A DNA stretch of 64,000 bases from an uncultured Gemmatimonadales bacterium (GCA_963695555.1 CAVOGR010000001.1:32001-96000); one strand, 5' to 3'; positions 19,187 through 28,709 are shown, counted from the first letter of the stretch. The notes: generated by a model from the sequence alone, not told the origin. Program-made: numbers and translations.

Positions 19187-20638
19187 ATGTCAGGAATCAG
19201 GAACTCGATGCGATTCTTGGGCCTCGCGCTGGCCGCGTGGGCCCTGGCCCCCGGAATCGCAGCGCAACAGGCCTACGAATCGCCGGCCGCGGCGAAGCTC
19301 GAGGTCACGTCCGCGTCGGCCGAAGCGAACAAGCACTTCTGGGCCGGTGTGAGCGACGCGGAGAACGTCTTCTTCACCAGTGCCACAGCGCATTTCGATA
19401 AGGCGCTCGAGGCCGATCCGGCATTCGGTATGGCACGGGTATTCCGTGCCCGGAGTGCCGCGGGCATGAACCAAGCCGCCCGCCTGGCCGAGATCAACAA
19501 GGGTATCTCGGAGTTGAGCGGGGCCAGGACCGGTGAGTTGCTGACCGCGCTGGGAATGCGCGAGTGGACCGCCGGCAACCTAAAGGAAGCCATGGCCATC
19601 TTCGGGACCGCATCCAAGATGATGCCAGGAGATCCGCACCTGGCCTTGTACCGGGCCAACGTGACCGGTGGCGCGACCAACCCCGAGCGGGGCATCGCGG
19701 CCACCCGGTCGGTCACCGAGGACTTTCCCGAGTTCGCACCCGCGTGGAACACTTTGGGCTATCAGCTCTGGCAGGCTGGTGACCGGGCCGGCGGGCTCGA
19801 GGCCATCAAGAAGTACGCGGAACTCGCACCCGACCATCCCAACGCGCACGACTCCTATGCCGAGCTGCTGCAATGGAGTGGGCGCTACAATGACGCGATG
19901 ACCCACTATCGCCGGGCGGCGGAACTCGATCCGACCTACGGCGCGGCCTACACCGGCATGGCCGAAGTCTCGCAGATGATGGGCGCCGGCGATCACGCCC
20001 GGCGGCACTTGAATGAGGCCATCGAGCATGCTGCGGGGCCCAATGCCAAGGTCAACCTGATGCGGGGCATCGGCACCAGCTACGTGATCGACGGCAATAT
20101 GAAGGCAGCGGTTCAGCAGTTCACCGCCGCCGCCACGGAGGCCGAGAAGGCTGGCAACAAGAACCTGGCGGGGCTCGCGCTCCAGCAGGCGGCGATGGTC
20201 GAAGCCGTAGCGGGCAAGAAGGGCGATGCCGCAACCCATCTGACCAAGGCCGGCGAGATGATGGGTGCGGACAACCCACAGCAGCTGGGAACCGCGGCGA
20301 TGGTCAATGCCAGAATCGGGAACAGTGCGGTGGCGATGGAGTCGGCCAAGAAGCTTGGGGAGGCCGCCAGCAAAGGCCCCGCCGGCATGAAGAATTTTTC
20401 CCACCTGGTGAACGGTGCGGTCTACCTGCATGCCAACCAGGTCGACAAGGCCGTGGCGGAGCTGGCCCAGGCCGACCCGGACGATTACGTGGCCAAGGCA
20501 TTGCTCGCCTCATGCTATGACAAGATGGGTCAGAAGGCCAATGCCGCAGCCCTACGCGAGGAAGTCGTCTCGGATCGTCGGTACGGTCTCGGCGACGTGG
20601 GCTACATGATCGCACGACTGGAAGTGATGAAGAAGTAA
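19187..20638 (+). CDS. Secreted TPR-repeat protein, distant paralog of 3788-5296
   Basis: AAGGAGGAG RBS; signal peptide; TPR motifs (ELAPDHPNAHDSYAE, AELDPTYGAAY). Confidence 0.85.
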   Translation: MSGIRNSMRFLGLALAAWALAPGIAAQQAYESPAAAKLEVTSASAEANKHFWAGVSDAENVFFTSATAHFDKALEADPAFGMARVFRARSAAGMNQAARLAEINKGISELSGARTGELLTALGMREWTAGNLKEAMAIFGTASKMMPGDPHLALYRANVTGGATNPERGIAATRSVTEDFPEFAPAWNTLGYQLWQAGDRAGGLEAIKKYAELAPDHPNAHDSYAELLQWSGRYNDAMTHYRRAAELDPTYGAAYTGMAEVSQMMGAGDHARRHLNEAIEHAAGPNAKVNLMRGIGTSYVIDGNMKAAVQQFTAAATEAEKAGNKNLAGLALQQAAMVEAVAGKKGDAATHLTKAGEMMGADNPQQLGTAAMVNARIGNSAVAMESAKKLGEAASKGPAGMKNFSHLVNGAVYLHANQVDKAVAELAQADPDDYVAKALLASCYDKMGQKANAAALREEVVSDRRYGLGDVGYMIARLEVMKK

Positions 20639-20756
20639 GTGCAGGGAGTAGGATTATAGGTTTGTAGGTTGTAGGAGTCGGGAAGGTGGGAAGTGCTGAT
20701 CAGCTAATTTCTGGTCCGCCTTTCCGCCTTTCCGCCTTTCCCTCATCTTCAACTAC

Positions 20757-21194
20757 ATGCCTACACCCCTACTTCCAACCAACCGGTCCTGGTCTTTCTC
20801 GCTCCCGGCCGAGTTCGGCCATCGGGATGTGACGCCCGACGTGGAAGCCTTGGTTCGAGACTCGGGTATCCGGACCGGGGTATTGGTGGTGCAGTTGGTG
20901 GGTTCCACCGGCGCCATCACCACCATCGAATACGAGCCGGGTGCGCTCGAGGACCTGCGCCGTGCACTCGACCTCATCGCACCGGCCAACGAGGACTACG
21001 CCCACAACGCCCGATGGGGCGACGGAAACGGATTCTCCCATGTCCGTTCCGCACTCCTCAAAACTAGCCTGGCCATTCCGATTATCGCCGGCCGACTAGC
21101 CCTCGGCGCCTGGCAGCAAGTGGTGGTGATCAACCTGGACAATCGAGATCGCCGGCGGGAGATTGTGGGTGTGGTGGTAGGGAGTAGAGAGTAG
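20757..21194 (+). CDS. yjbQ: YjbQ/UPF0047 family protein
   Basis: GSTGAITTIEYEPG, YAHNARWGDGNGFSHVRSAL, LGAWQQVV. Confidence 0.88.
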   Translation: MPTPLLPTNRSWSFSLPAEFGHRDVTPDVEALVRDSGIRTGVLVVQLVGSTGAITTIEYEPGALEDLRRALDLIAPANEDYAHNARWGDGNGFSHVRSALLKTSLAIPIIAGRLALGAWQQVVVINLDNRDRRREIVGVVVGSRE

Positions 21195-21208
21195 AGAGTA
21201 GGGGATAG
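21176..21208 (+). repeat. Degenerate GGGAGTA/GAGAGTA array providing the yjbQ stop
   Basis: Read directly. Confidence 0.8.
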
Positions 21209-21251
21209 GAAGGCGGAGCAATGCCGAATCACCTATGTCTACCAATTGCCC

Positions 21252-22679
21252 ATGGCGACTGACCTCCCGGTGATCATTCAAGGTGGCATGGGCATAGCCG
21301 TGTCCGGCTGGCGGCTGGCCCGGGCCGTCTCCTCGGAAGGCCAGCTGGGCGTGGTCTCCGGGACCGCCCTCGACGCGGTCTTCGCCCGACGGCTCCAACT
21401 CGGCGACCCTGACGGCGACGCGCGGCGCGCCCTGGCCGCCTTCCCGGTGGCCGGCGTGGCCGATCGAGTGCTGGATCGCTATTTCGTTCCCGGCGGCAAG
21501 CCCGACGGGATCCGATTCAAGACCAAGCCAGTGCCCAATCTGCGACTCTCCCGCCGCCTCCAGGAGTTGCTCGTAGCCGCCAACTTCGTTGAGGTGTACC
21601 TGGCCAAGGAAGGCCATGAGAATCCCGTCGGCATCAACTACCTCGAGAAGGTCCAGATCCCGACCCTGCCCTCGCTCTACGGAGCGATGCTGGCAGGAGT
21701 CGATTACGTCCTCATGGGTGCGGGAATACCGCGCGCGATTCCCGGCATCCTCGACCAGCTGGCCGAGGGCCGTGCAGTCGAGCTGAAAATCGATGTGAAA
21801 GGAGCCACCGACGAGGATGATCAGTACAACCGCTTCGACCCGGCCGAGTTCAGCGGTGGAGTGCTGCCGCCGGTCACGCGCCCGGCCTTCCTGGCAATCG
21901 TGTCATCCCACGTCCTTGCCACGATGCTTGCCAAGAAAGTTGAAGCCCGGGTAGACGGGTTCGTGGTGGAAGCTCCGACGGCAGGCGGGCACAATGCCCC
22001 GCCGCGGGGTCGCACCCAGCTCACCGAGGATGGCGAGCCCCGCTATGGCGAGCGGGATGTGCCAGATCTGGAGGCGATGCGCAATCTCGGTCTCCCGTTC
22101 TGGCTGGCGGGGTCCTATGCCGAACCTGATCGGGTGGTGGCGGCCCTCGAGCTGGGAGCGGCCGGGGTCCAGGTCGGAACCGCCTTTGCCTTCTGTGAGG
22201 AATCCGGCTTCTCAGAGGACATCAAACGTCGCGTCCTCGAGTTGAGCAAGCACGGACAAGCCCTGGTGTTCACCGACCCGGTCGCGTCACCGACCGGCTT
22301 CCCCTTCAAGGTCGTGCAGCTGGACGACACCGTCTCGACCGACCAGGTGTATGCGACGCGACCGCGCACCTGCGACCTCGGTTACCTCCGCACTGCCTTC
22401 CGTCGCGAGGACGGATCGGTGGGGTGGCGCTGCGCGTCCGAGCCGGTGGCTGACTTCGTCGCAAAAGGTGGAGCGGAGGACGAGACGGTGGGGCGCAAGT
22501 GCCTGTGCAATGCGCTCCTGGCAAACATCGGGCTCGGCCAGACGCAACAGAACGGCTACGTCGAGCCCGCCCTCATCACGTCGGGCGACGATGTCGCCGG
22601 AGTCGCCCGTTTTCTCCGTCCTGGCGCCGAGACATACCGGGCGGTCGACGTCCTCGATTACCTGCTCCCGAACCGCTAG
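21252..22679 (+). CDS. Nitronate monooxygenase-family flavoprotein
   Basis: IIQGGMG, MGAGIP, AGGHN, GAAGVQVGTAF, SPTGFPF; Cys-rich C-terminus (CDLG, CLCN). Confidence 0.85.
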   Translation: MATDLPVIIQGGMGIAVSGWRLARAVSSEGQLGVVSGTALDAVFARRLQLGDPDGDARRALAAFPVAGVADRVLDRYFVPGGKPDGIRFKTKPVPNLRLSRRLQELLVAANFVEVYLAKEGHENPVGINYLEKVQIPTLPSLYGAMLAGVDYVLMGAGIPRAIPGILDQLAEGRAVELKIDVKGATDEDDQYNRFDPAEFSGGVLPPVTRPAFLAIVSSHVLATMLAKKVEARVDGFVVEAPTAGGHNAPPRGRTQLTEDGEPRYGERDVPDLEAMRNLGLPFWLAGSYAEPDRVVAALELGAAGVQVGTAFAFCEESGFSEDIKRRVLELSKHGQALVFTDPVASPTGFPFKVVQLDDTVSTDQVYATRPRTCDLGYLRTAFRREDGSVGWRCASEPVADFVAKGGAEDETVGRKCLCNALLANIGLGQTQQNGYVEPALITSGDDVAGVARFLRPGAETYRAVDVLDYLLPNR

Positions 22680-22699
22680 CCTCTGGTCCGCCTTGCCGC

Positions 22700-23473
22700 C
22701 TATTTCGAGTGCAGCGCGAACACGGCCCCCTGCTCGTCCATGCACTGGACGATTCGGTCGCCGCCTGGGACCTCCATGGGGCCCATCAGCACCTGGCCGC
22801 CCATCTGCTTCACCTGGTCCGCGCGCGTGTCGACGTTGTCCACCATGGTGTAGAGCAACCAGTGGGGCGGGGCCGGAATTTCCTTGGGCTTGGTGAACAT
22901 CCCGCCCAGCGGAATGCCGGTACCGGGTAGGCCATACATCTGGTACATGCCCGCCTCACCCATGTCCATGGTCTCGGTCTTCTCCCAGCCGAACAGCTTG
23001 CTGTAGAAGTTGAACGCGGCTTCATGGTCGTGGGCCAGGAGCTCGTGCCACGAGAACTGCCCCTGCTCGGGCGGTCCCTCACCGCCAGGCGTCTCACCCG
23101 CGGGTGTATAGGCCGCGAAGATGGCGCCTCCGGGATCGGCCAGGATGGCAATCTTGCCGACCGTCGGGATCTCCATCACGTGGTGCACCACACCGCCGAG
23201 GCTGGAAACCTGGTTGGTGGTGTGGTCGATGTCGGGAGTGGAGACGTAGGCCAGCCAGTGTGGCGGGGCGCCTGCCTTGACGGCGTCGGCTGGCAGCTGC
23301 ATCAGGCCGCCGACTGGCGTTTCACCGTTCATCCACATGGTATACGGCTGGTCCATCCCCTCCCATGTTGAGGTGCTCCAGCCGATGAGCTTGGTGTAGA
23401 ACGGGATCGCGGCGTCGGGGTCGGAGGTGAGGAGTTCGTACCAGACGAAGCGTCCCAACGGAATTCCTGCCAT
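22700..23473 (-). CDS. VOC/glyoxalase family protein with two domains (Cfp30B-like)
   Basis: GRFVWYEL..FY.KL.GW twice, PPHWL.Y, DPGGAIF / DEQGAVF; GGAGG RBS. Confidence 0.9.
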   Translation of the reverse strand: MAGIPLGRFVWYELLTSDPDAAIPFYTKLIGWSTSTWEGMDQPYTMWMNGETPVGGLMQLPADAVKAGAPPHWLAYVSTPDIDHTTNQVSSLGGVVHHVMEIPTVGKIAILADPGGAIFAAYTPAGETPGGEGPPEQGQFSWHELLAHDHEAAFNFYSKLFGWEKTETMDMGEAGMYQMYGLPGTGIPLGGMFTKPKEIPAPPHWLLYTMVDNVDTRADQVKQMGGQVLMGPMEVPGGDRIVQCMDEQGAVFALHSK

Positions 23474-23682
23474 GGCTGCCTCCAAGGGTCAGGGGGTGAG
23501 CGAGGCCCGAGGACGATCAGCATAGCCAAAGATGATGCTGCCGTCCAGAAACATGAACATTTCTTCCTAAGACGATCATTTCATACCAGATGTTTCTGCA
23601 CCGACCGGCCCTTGTGAACCGGGTCTTTTCCTGCGATGGTATCGGGGTATTCACGACACCTCCAGCGCTTTGGAGACCAGCC

Positions 23683-24870
23683 ATGCTCAAGGTCACCCCG
23701 TTCCATCCGCGGACAGCGGCCCTGTCGCAGGGCATGGCCTGGCGCCGGTGGGCGGGGCACACGGTCTTGAGTTCGTACGAGCTCTACCACGATCGGGAGT
23801 ACTCCGCGATCCGGAACACCGCGGCCCTGATCGACGTCTCCCCGCTCTACAAGTACGCCATCACCGGGCCGGACGCGGCGCGCTTGCTCGATCGCGTGTT
23901 GCCCCGGGACATGACCAAGGCCCAACTCTACCAGGTGTTGTACACTCCGTGGTGTGACACCGCCGGCAAGGTGATCGACGACGGCACGGTGTCGCGTCTT
24001 GCCGACCAGGAGTTCCGCCTCACCGCGGCCGATCCCAACCTCCGGTGGCTCTACCAGAATGCGGTGGGCATGGATGTCACCATCGACGACGTGTCCGATA
24101 CGATCGGCGCAGTCTCGCTCCAAGGTCCGACCTCGCGCGACATCTTGAAGACCCTCACCGACGCCGATCTGGACGGCCTGCGGTTCTTCCGCCTGACCCA
24201 CGCATCCATCAGGGGAATTCCCGTCACCATCTCCCGGACCGGGTACACCGGCGACCTCGGTTACGAAATCTGGGTCGACGCAGGCCGCGCCCTCGAGTTA
24301 TGGGACGCGCTGATCCACGGTGGGGAGGACTACGGGATCACCCCGGCTGGCATCCTGGCGTTGGATGTCGCACGCATCGAGGCCGGCCTGTTGATGATCG
24401 AGGTCGACTACGTGTCGGCGCACCGCGCGCTGATCGAAGCCCAGAAGTCCTCGCCGTACGAACTCGGCCTGGGTTGGACGGTGAGCGTGGAGAAGGGCCC
24501 GTTCATAGGGCAATCGGCGCTGGCCGACGAACTCCGGCGGGGTCCTGCCTGGCAGTTTCGCGGAATCGAAGTTGCTTGGGAATCGCTCGAGCAACTCTAC
24601 GCCGAGGTAGGCCTGCCTCCGAAAATCCCGACCGTGGCATGGCGGACCAGCGCACCGATCTACGTCCAGGGTGTTCAAGTTGGGTACGCGACCAGTGGGT
24701 GCTGGTCGCCGCTCCTCAAGAAGTACATCGCGATGGCGCATCTCGAAGCCGGCTATGCGCAGGCGGGCACACCGGTGCACATGGAAGTGACGGTCGAGCA
24801 CCGGCGGAAAGAGGCCAAGGCAAGCGTGGCGAAGCTGCCCTTTCTGGACCTCGACAGGAAGCGAGCCTGA
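23683..24870 (+). CDS. GcvT-family (folate-binding) aminomethyltransferase-like protein
   Basis: EYSAIRN..ALIDVSPL, GKVIDDGT, LQGP, ISRTGYTGDLGYEIW, ARIEAG. Confidence 0.92.
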   Translation: MLKVTPFHPRTAALSQGMAWRRWAGHTVLSSYELYHDREYSAIRNTAALIDVSPLYKYAITGPDAARLLDRVLPRDMTKAQLYQVLYTPWCDTAGKVIDDGTVSRLADQEFRLTAADPNLRWLYQNAVGMDVTIDDVSDTIGAVSLQGPTSRDILKTLTDADLDGLRFFRLTHASIRGIPVTISRTGYTGDLGYEIWVDAGRALELWDALIHGGEDYGITPAGILALDVARIEAGLLMIEVDYVSAHRALIEAQKSSPYELGLGWTVSVEKGPFIGQSALADELRRGPAWQFRGIEVAWESLEQLYAEVGLPPKIPTVAWRTSAPIYVQGVQVGYATSGCWSPLLKKYIAMAHLEAGYAQAGTPVHMEVTVEHRRKEAKASVAKLPFLDLDRKRA

Positions 24871-24871
24871 C

Positions 24872-26461
24872 ATGGCCACGCGCTCGGTGAGCTCGTACGA
24901 CGCGATCGTCATCGGCGGCGGCCACAACGGCCTAATCACGGCCGCATATCTCGCGAGGGCAGGCAAGCGCGTCGTGGTGCTCGAACGAAGGCATGTGGTG
25001 GGTGGCGCCGCGGTGAGCGAGGAAGTGTTCCCCGGCTTCACGTTTTCCGTCCTTTCCTACGTCGTGAGCCTGCTCCGGCCGGAGATTATCCGCGACCTCG
25101 AGTTACCGCGTCACGGCCTGCAGATCCTTCCGCTCGAAAGCACGCTGACCCCGCTTCCCAATGGAGACTACTTCGCCGCCTGGGCCGACCACGATCAGGC
25201 GCGCCAGGAACTCTACCGACACTCGCCGAAGGACGCTGAGGCGTACGACGAGTTCGGCCGGCTGATGCATCATATGGCCATGGCCGTCAAGCCGATCTTG
25301 GGCATGATCCCGCCCGATCCTACTTCGCTCAGTCCGAAGGACCTGCTCGGCTTGGTGCGGCTAGGGCGGCACTTCCACGGCTTGGGTGACGAGAAGTTCT
25401 ATGCCTTGTTCAAACTGATGACCATGAGTGCGGCCGATTTCCTGGAGGAGTGGTTCGAATGCGAGCCGCTCAAGGCCACGAAGTCGGCCAGCGGAATCAT
25501 CGGGACCTTCCTTGGGCCGCGATCGCCGGGGACGGCCTACGTCCTGCTCCACCACTACATGGGGGAGATCGACGGCGCCTTTCGGGCCTGGGGGTTTGCG
25601 AAGGGTGGAACGGGCGGCATCAGCGAAGCCATTGCCAGCGCGGCCCGAGCCTTTGGAGCGGAGGTACGCACCGAGGCCGACGTGGCTCAGGTCATCGTCA
25701 CGCATGGGCGCGCGACCGGAGTAGCCCTGGCCGACGGCACCGAGCTCACGGCGAAGGTCGTCGTCTCGTCGCTCGACCCGAATCTCACGTTTCTCAAGTT
25801 GCTCGATCCCCGCGAGCTTCCCGACGACCTCGTCCAGGGCGTCCGACAATTCCGGTTCCGGGGATCGTCCGGCAAGGTGAACCTCGCCTTGAGCGAGTTG
25901 CCGAACTTCACCTGCATGCCCGGCCGCGGCCCCCACTTACGGGGTGCCATCTCGATCAGCCCGAGTATCGATTACCTCGAACGCGCGTATGACGACGCCA
26001 AGTACGGCGAGTTTTCGCGACGCCCGTACATGGATGTCATCATCCCGTCGATGATCGATCCGAACATGGCGCCTCCAGGGCGCCACGTCATGTCGTGCTT
26101 CGTGCAGTACGCGCCCTATCAGCTGAATGGCGGGTGGAACGACGCCAAACGAGAGGCCTTCGGCGATGCCGTGGTCGACACGCTGGCGGAATACGCGCCC
26201 AATCTGAAGTCGGCGATCCTGCACCGCCAAGTGGTCACCCCGAAAGACATCGAGGACATGGTGGGGCTCACCGAGGGGAACATCTTCCAGGGTGAGCTTG
26301 CACTCCAGCAGCTGTTCTTTCTCCGTCCCGTGCCGCAGTGGGCCAAGTACCGCACCCCGGTCAAGCAGTTCTACCAATGTGGGTCGGGTACCCATCCGGG
26401 CGGCGGCATCATGGGCGCCTCGGGGCGCCTGGCCGCAGTCGAGATCCTGCGGGATTGGTAG
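24872..26461 (+). CDS. Phytoene dehydrogenase-like FAD oxidoreductase (PYROXD2-like), subunit 1
   Basis: VIGGGHNG, LERR..VGG, GSGTHPGGG; starts 1 nt after the gcvT-like stop. Confidence 0.92.
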   Translation: MATRSVSSYDAIVIGGGHNGLITAAYLARAGKRVVVLERRHVVGGAAVSEEVFPGFTFSVLSYVVSLLRPEIIRDLELPRHGLQILPLESTLTPLPNGDYFAAWADHDQARQELYRHSPKDAEAYDEFGRLMHHMAMAVKPILGMIPPDPTSLSPKDLLGLVRLGRHFHGLGDEKFYALFKLMTMSAADFLEEWFECEPLKATKSASGIIGTFLGPRSPGTAYVLLHHYMGEIDGAFRAWGFAKGGTGGISEAIASAARAFGAEVRTEADVAQVIVTHGRATGVALADGTELTAKVVVSSLDPNLTFLKLLDPRELPDDLVQGVRQFRFRGSSGKVNLALSELPNFTCMPGRGPHLRGAISISPSIDYLERAYDDAKYGEFSRRPYMDVIIPSMIDPNMAPPGRHVMSCFVQYAPYQLNGGWNDAKREAFGDAVVDTLAEYAPNLKSAILHRQVVTPKDIEDMVGLTEGNIFQGELALQQLFFLRPVPQWAKYRTPVKQFYQCGSGTHPGGGIMGASGRLAAVEILRDW

Positions 26462-26468
26462 CCGAGCC

Positions 26469-28064
26469 ATGAGCCAACCGTTCGATACGATCGTCATCGG
26501 CGCCGGGGTCAGCGAGCTGGTTGCCGCTAATTATTTGGCGAAGGCCGGACAACGGGTGCTGGTGCTCGAAGAACACGACGAGTTGGGTGGGGTACACGTG
26601 ACCGAGGAAACCATCTCCGGTTTCCGGTTCGATACCGGTGCCAGCGACATCGGATACTGCAATCCGCAGATCATTCAGGACCTCGAGCTCGTGAGACACG
26701 GGCTCGACATTCTCTCGGTCGAACCCACTGTCTTCTCGCCGGTAGAGAACGGAGACGGGCTCCTGCTCGGCAAGGGTGCCGACACGGTGGCCGCCATCGC
26801 GCGCCTGTCGACGGTGGATGCCAGCAAGTGGCTGACATTCAGCGAACGCATGGCTCGGCTGGCGCAGTTCCTCTGGTTGCTCTATAGCGAGGCGCCCCCG
26901 TTGCCGACCAGCAAGGATCGGAACGACCTGCTGGCGCTTCTCGGTATCGGTCGCCGGCTCCGTGGGCTCGGCAAGGTCGGCATGCTCGAGTTCCTGCGAA
27001 CCGTCCCGATGCCGGTGGCGGACCTCCTGGACGACTGGTTCGAGAACGATGCCCTGAAGGGAACCCTCGGCGCTGCCGGCGTGTCGCACATCTTCCAGGG
27101 CCCCAAGTCGGCGGGCACGGCCTTCGTGATGCTCCATCACCTGGTGGGACAGGGTGCCGGCGCGGTCCGTTCGAGAACCGTCCTCCGGGGTGGGGTCGGC
27201 ATGCTGGCGGCCGCACTCGCCCGTGCGCTAACGGAAAGGGGCGGCGAGCTCCGCACCGGCTGCGGCGTTGAGCGGATTCAGGTTCACACAGGCCAGGTGC
27301 GCGGCGTCGTGACACGGGGCGGTGAGGAGATACCCGGCACGAGGGTCGTGTGTGGCGCCGATCCGAAGCGGACGTTTCTGGAGTTGGTCGATCCGGTGCA
27401 TTCAGACCCGGAGTTTCTCCGGCAGATCCAGCACATCAAATTGCATGGCAGTGCCGCCAAGGTGAACCTGGCGCTGGGAGAATTGCCTGATTTCGGCTGC
27501 CCCGAAACGCATCTCCGGGGGACAATCTCGATCGCCCCGAGCCTCGAGCACCTGGAGCGCGCGTACGACGATGCGAAGCACGGTCGTATTGCTCGGAATC
27601 CCTACCTCGACGTATCGATCCCGTCGTTGACCGACCCGAGCTTGGCCCCGCCAGGCAAGCACGTCATGTCGGTGTGGATGCAGTACGCTCCCTATCGGCT
27701 TCGCGACGGCTCGGCATGGGACTCGCACACCCGTGAAGCACTGGGCAAGCAGGTGATCGAGACGCTCGCGCGTTATGCACCCAATCTTCCCGGCGCGATC
27801 ATCGACCGGCAGGTGCTCACCCCTGCGGACCTGGAGGCGCGGTTCGGCCTCACCGAGGGTCACCTGTACCAGGGCGATTTGACGCTGGATCAGATCTTGT
27901 TCATGCGGCCGGTGCCCGGCTGGTCGCGCTATGCGACCCCGATCGATGGTTTGTTGCTCTGTGGTGCCGCGACCCACCCCGGAGGCGGAATCACGGGCAT
28001 GTCCGGGTATCTGGCAGCCCGTCAGGTGTCGAGGCCGTCCAAAAAACGCCCGGTCCCGTCCTAG
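26469..28064 (+). CDS. Phytoene dehydrogenase-like FAD oxidoreductase, subunit 2
   Basis: Paralog of the upstream gene (LERAYDDAK, GLTEG, THPGGG); ATG 26469; Rossmann motif GAGVSE. Confidence 0.9.
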   Translation: MSQPFDTIVIGAGVSELVAANYLAKAGQRVLVLEEHDELGGVHVTEETISGFRFDTGASDIGYCNPQIIQDLELVRHGLDILSVEPTVFSPVENGDGLLLGKGADTVAAIARLSTVDASKWLTFSERMARLAQFLWLLYSEAPPLPTSKDRNDLLALLGIGRRLRGLGKVGMLEFLRTVPMPVADLLDDWFENDALKGTLGAAGVSHIFQGPKSAGTAFVMLHHLVGQGAGAVRSRTVLRGGVGMLAAALARALTERGGELRTGCGVERIQVHTGQVRGVVTRGGEEIPGTRVVCGADPKRTFLELVDPVHSDPEFLRQIQHIKLHGSAAKVNLALGELPDFGCPETHLRGTISIAPSLEHLERAYDDAKHGRIARNPYLDVSIPSLTDPSLAPPGKHVMSVWMQYAPYRLRDGSAWDSHTREALGKQVIETLARYAPNLPGAIIDRQVLTPADLEARFGLTEGHLYQGDLTLDQILFMRPVPGWSRYATPIDGLLLCGAATHPGGGITGMSGYLAARQVSRPSKKRPVPS

Positions 28065-28103
28065 CGCTTCGGTCCACGCACAACTCCAAGATCCAACATA
28101 CGG

Positions 28104-28709
28104 TCAACCGCCCTGGGCTCTGGATTCGTCGCCCCAGGGCGGAATGAAGTCCTCGGACTCGACGCCGAGCGCGTCAGCGATCCGGGTGATGTAGTTGAAG
28201 TAGGCGATGACCTGGGTCGCGTCGTGGATGGCGGTGTCATCGAAACCATGGCTCCGCAGGCCGTCGACGTCCGCGGGCGTCATATGGTGCTGGTCGCGCG
28301 TCAGCTTGGCGGCGAATTCGCACAGGGCCCGGTCGGCGACCGCAAGCGGCGCCGTGCGCCAGTTTCTGACAACGGCATGGACGAAGGCGTCGGCCTCGGC
28401 GGCCTTCTCGTACTCCTCGGCGACCTCGGCACGGAGGTCGTGCGCGTGCGCCTGAATTCAGTAATGGCAGCCCAGCTCGGCGGAGACGGCCACAGCCAGG
28501 AGTTCGCGCTGGGCCCGGGTGAGTGGGGAGCGACCGAACATGATCGCCGCATAGACATCCATGCTGGCTTTCATGATTCGCGGGTTGAGGCTCATGATTT
28601 GGACGATGTGCCACACGCGTCCAGCCCGCTTGATGGCCGCGTCGAACTGTCGTTTGAGCGGGCCCTCCGCGTCCCCAACGTCGATCTGGGAAATCCAGGG
28701 CATTGGCAT
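28104..28709 (-). CDS. AhpD/carboxymuconolactone-decarboxylase-family peroxidase-like selenoprotein (Sec at in-frame TGA 28458-28460)
   Basis: Read-through gives RELLAVAVSAELGCHY-U-IQAH (AhpD E-x11-CxxC-x3-H) and continues in frame through ALCEFAAKLT and QVIAYFNYITRIADALGV to TGA at 28104; SECIS-like hairpin follows the UGA. Confidence 0.85.
28421..28440 (-). promoter_or_regulatory. Putative bacterial SECIS element
   Basis: mRNA CGACCUC-CGUGCC-GAGGUCG; stem starts 17 nt after UGA, loop 24 nt after, with G-U in the loop. Confidence 0.7.

Noticed and set aside
23546..23598. CAGAAACAT...ATGTTTCTG inverted repeat in the divergent VOC/gcvT-like promoter region
   Set aside because: 9-bp arms 35 nt apart, no regulator nearby; too weak to call an operator or RNA element
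23683..24870. Canonical glycine cleavage T protein (gcvT)
   Set aside because: No gcvH/gcvP or glycine riboswitch adjacent; symbol withheld
24872..28064. Carotenoid biosynthesis (crtI/crtO)
   Set aside because: No crtB, crtE or crtY; linkage is to a GcvT-like gene
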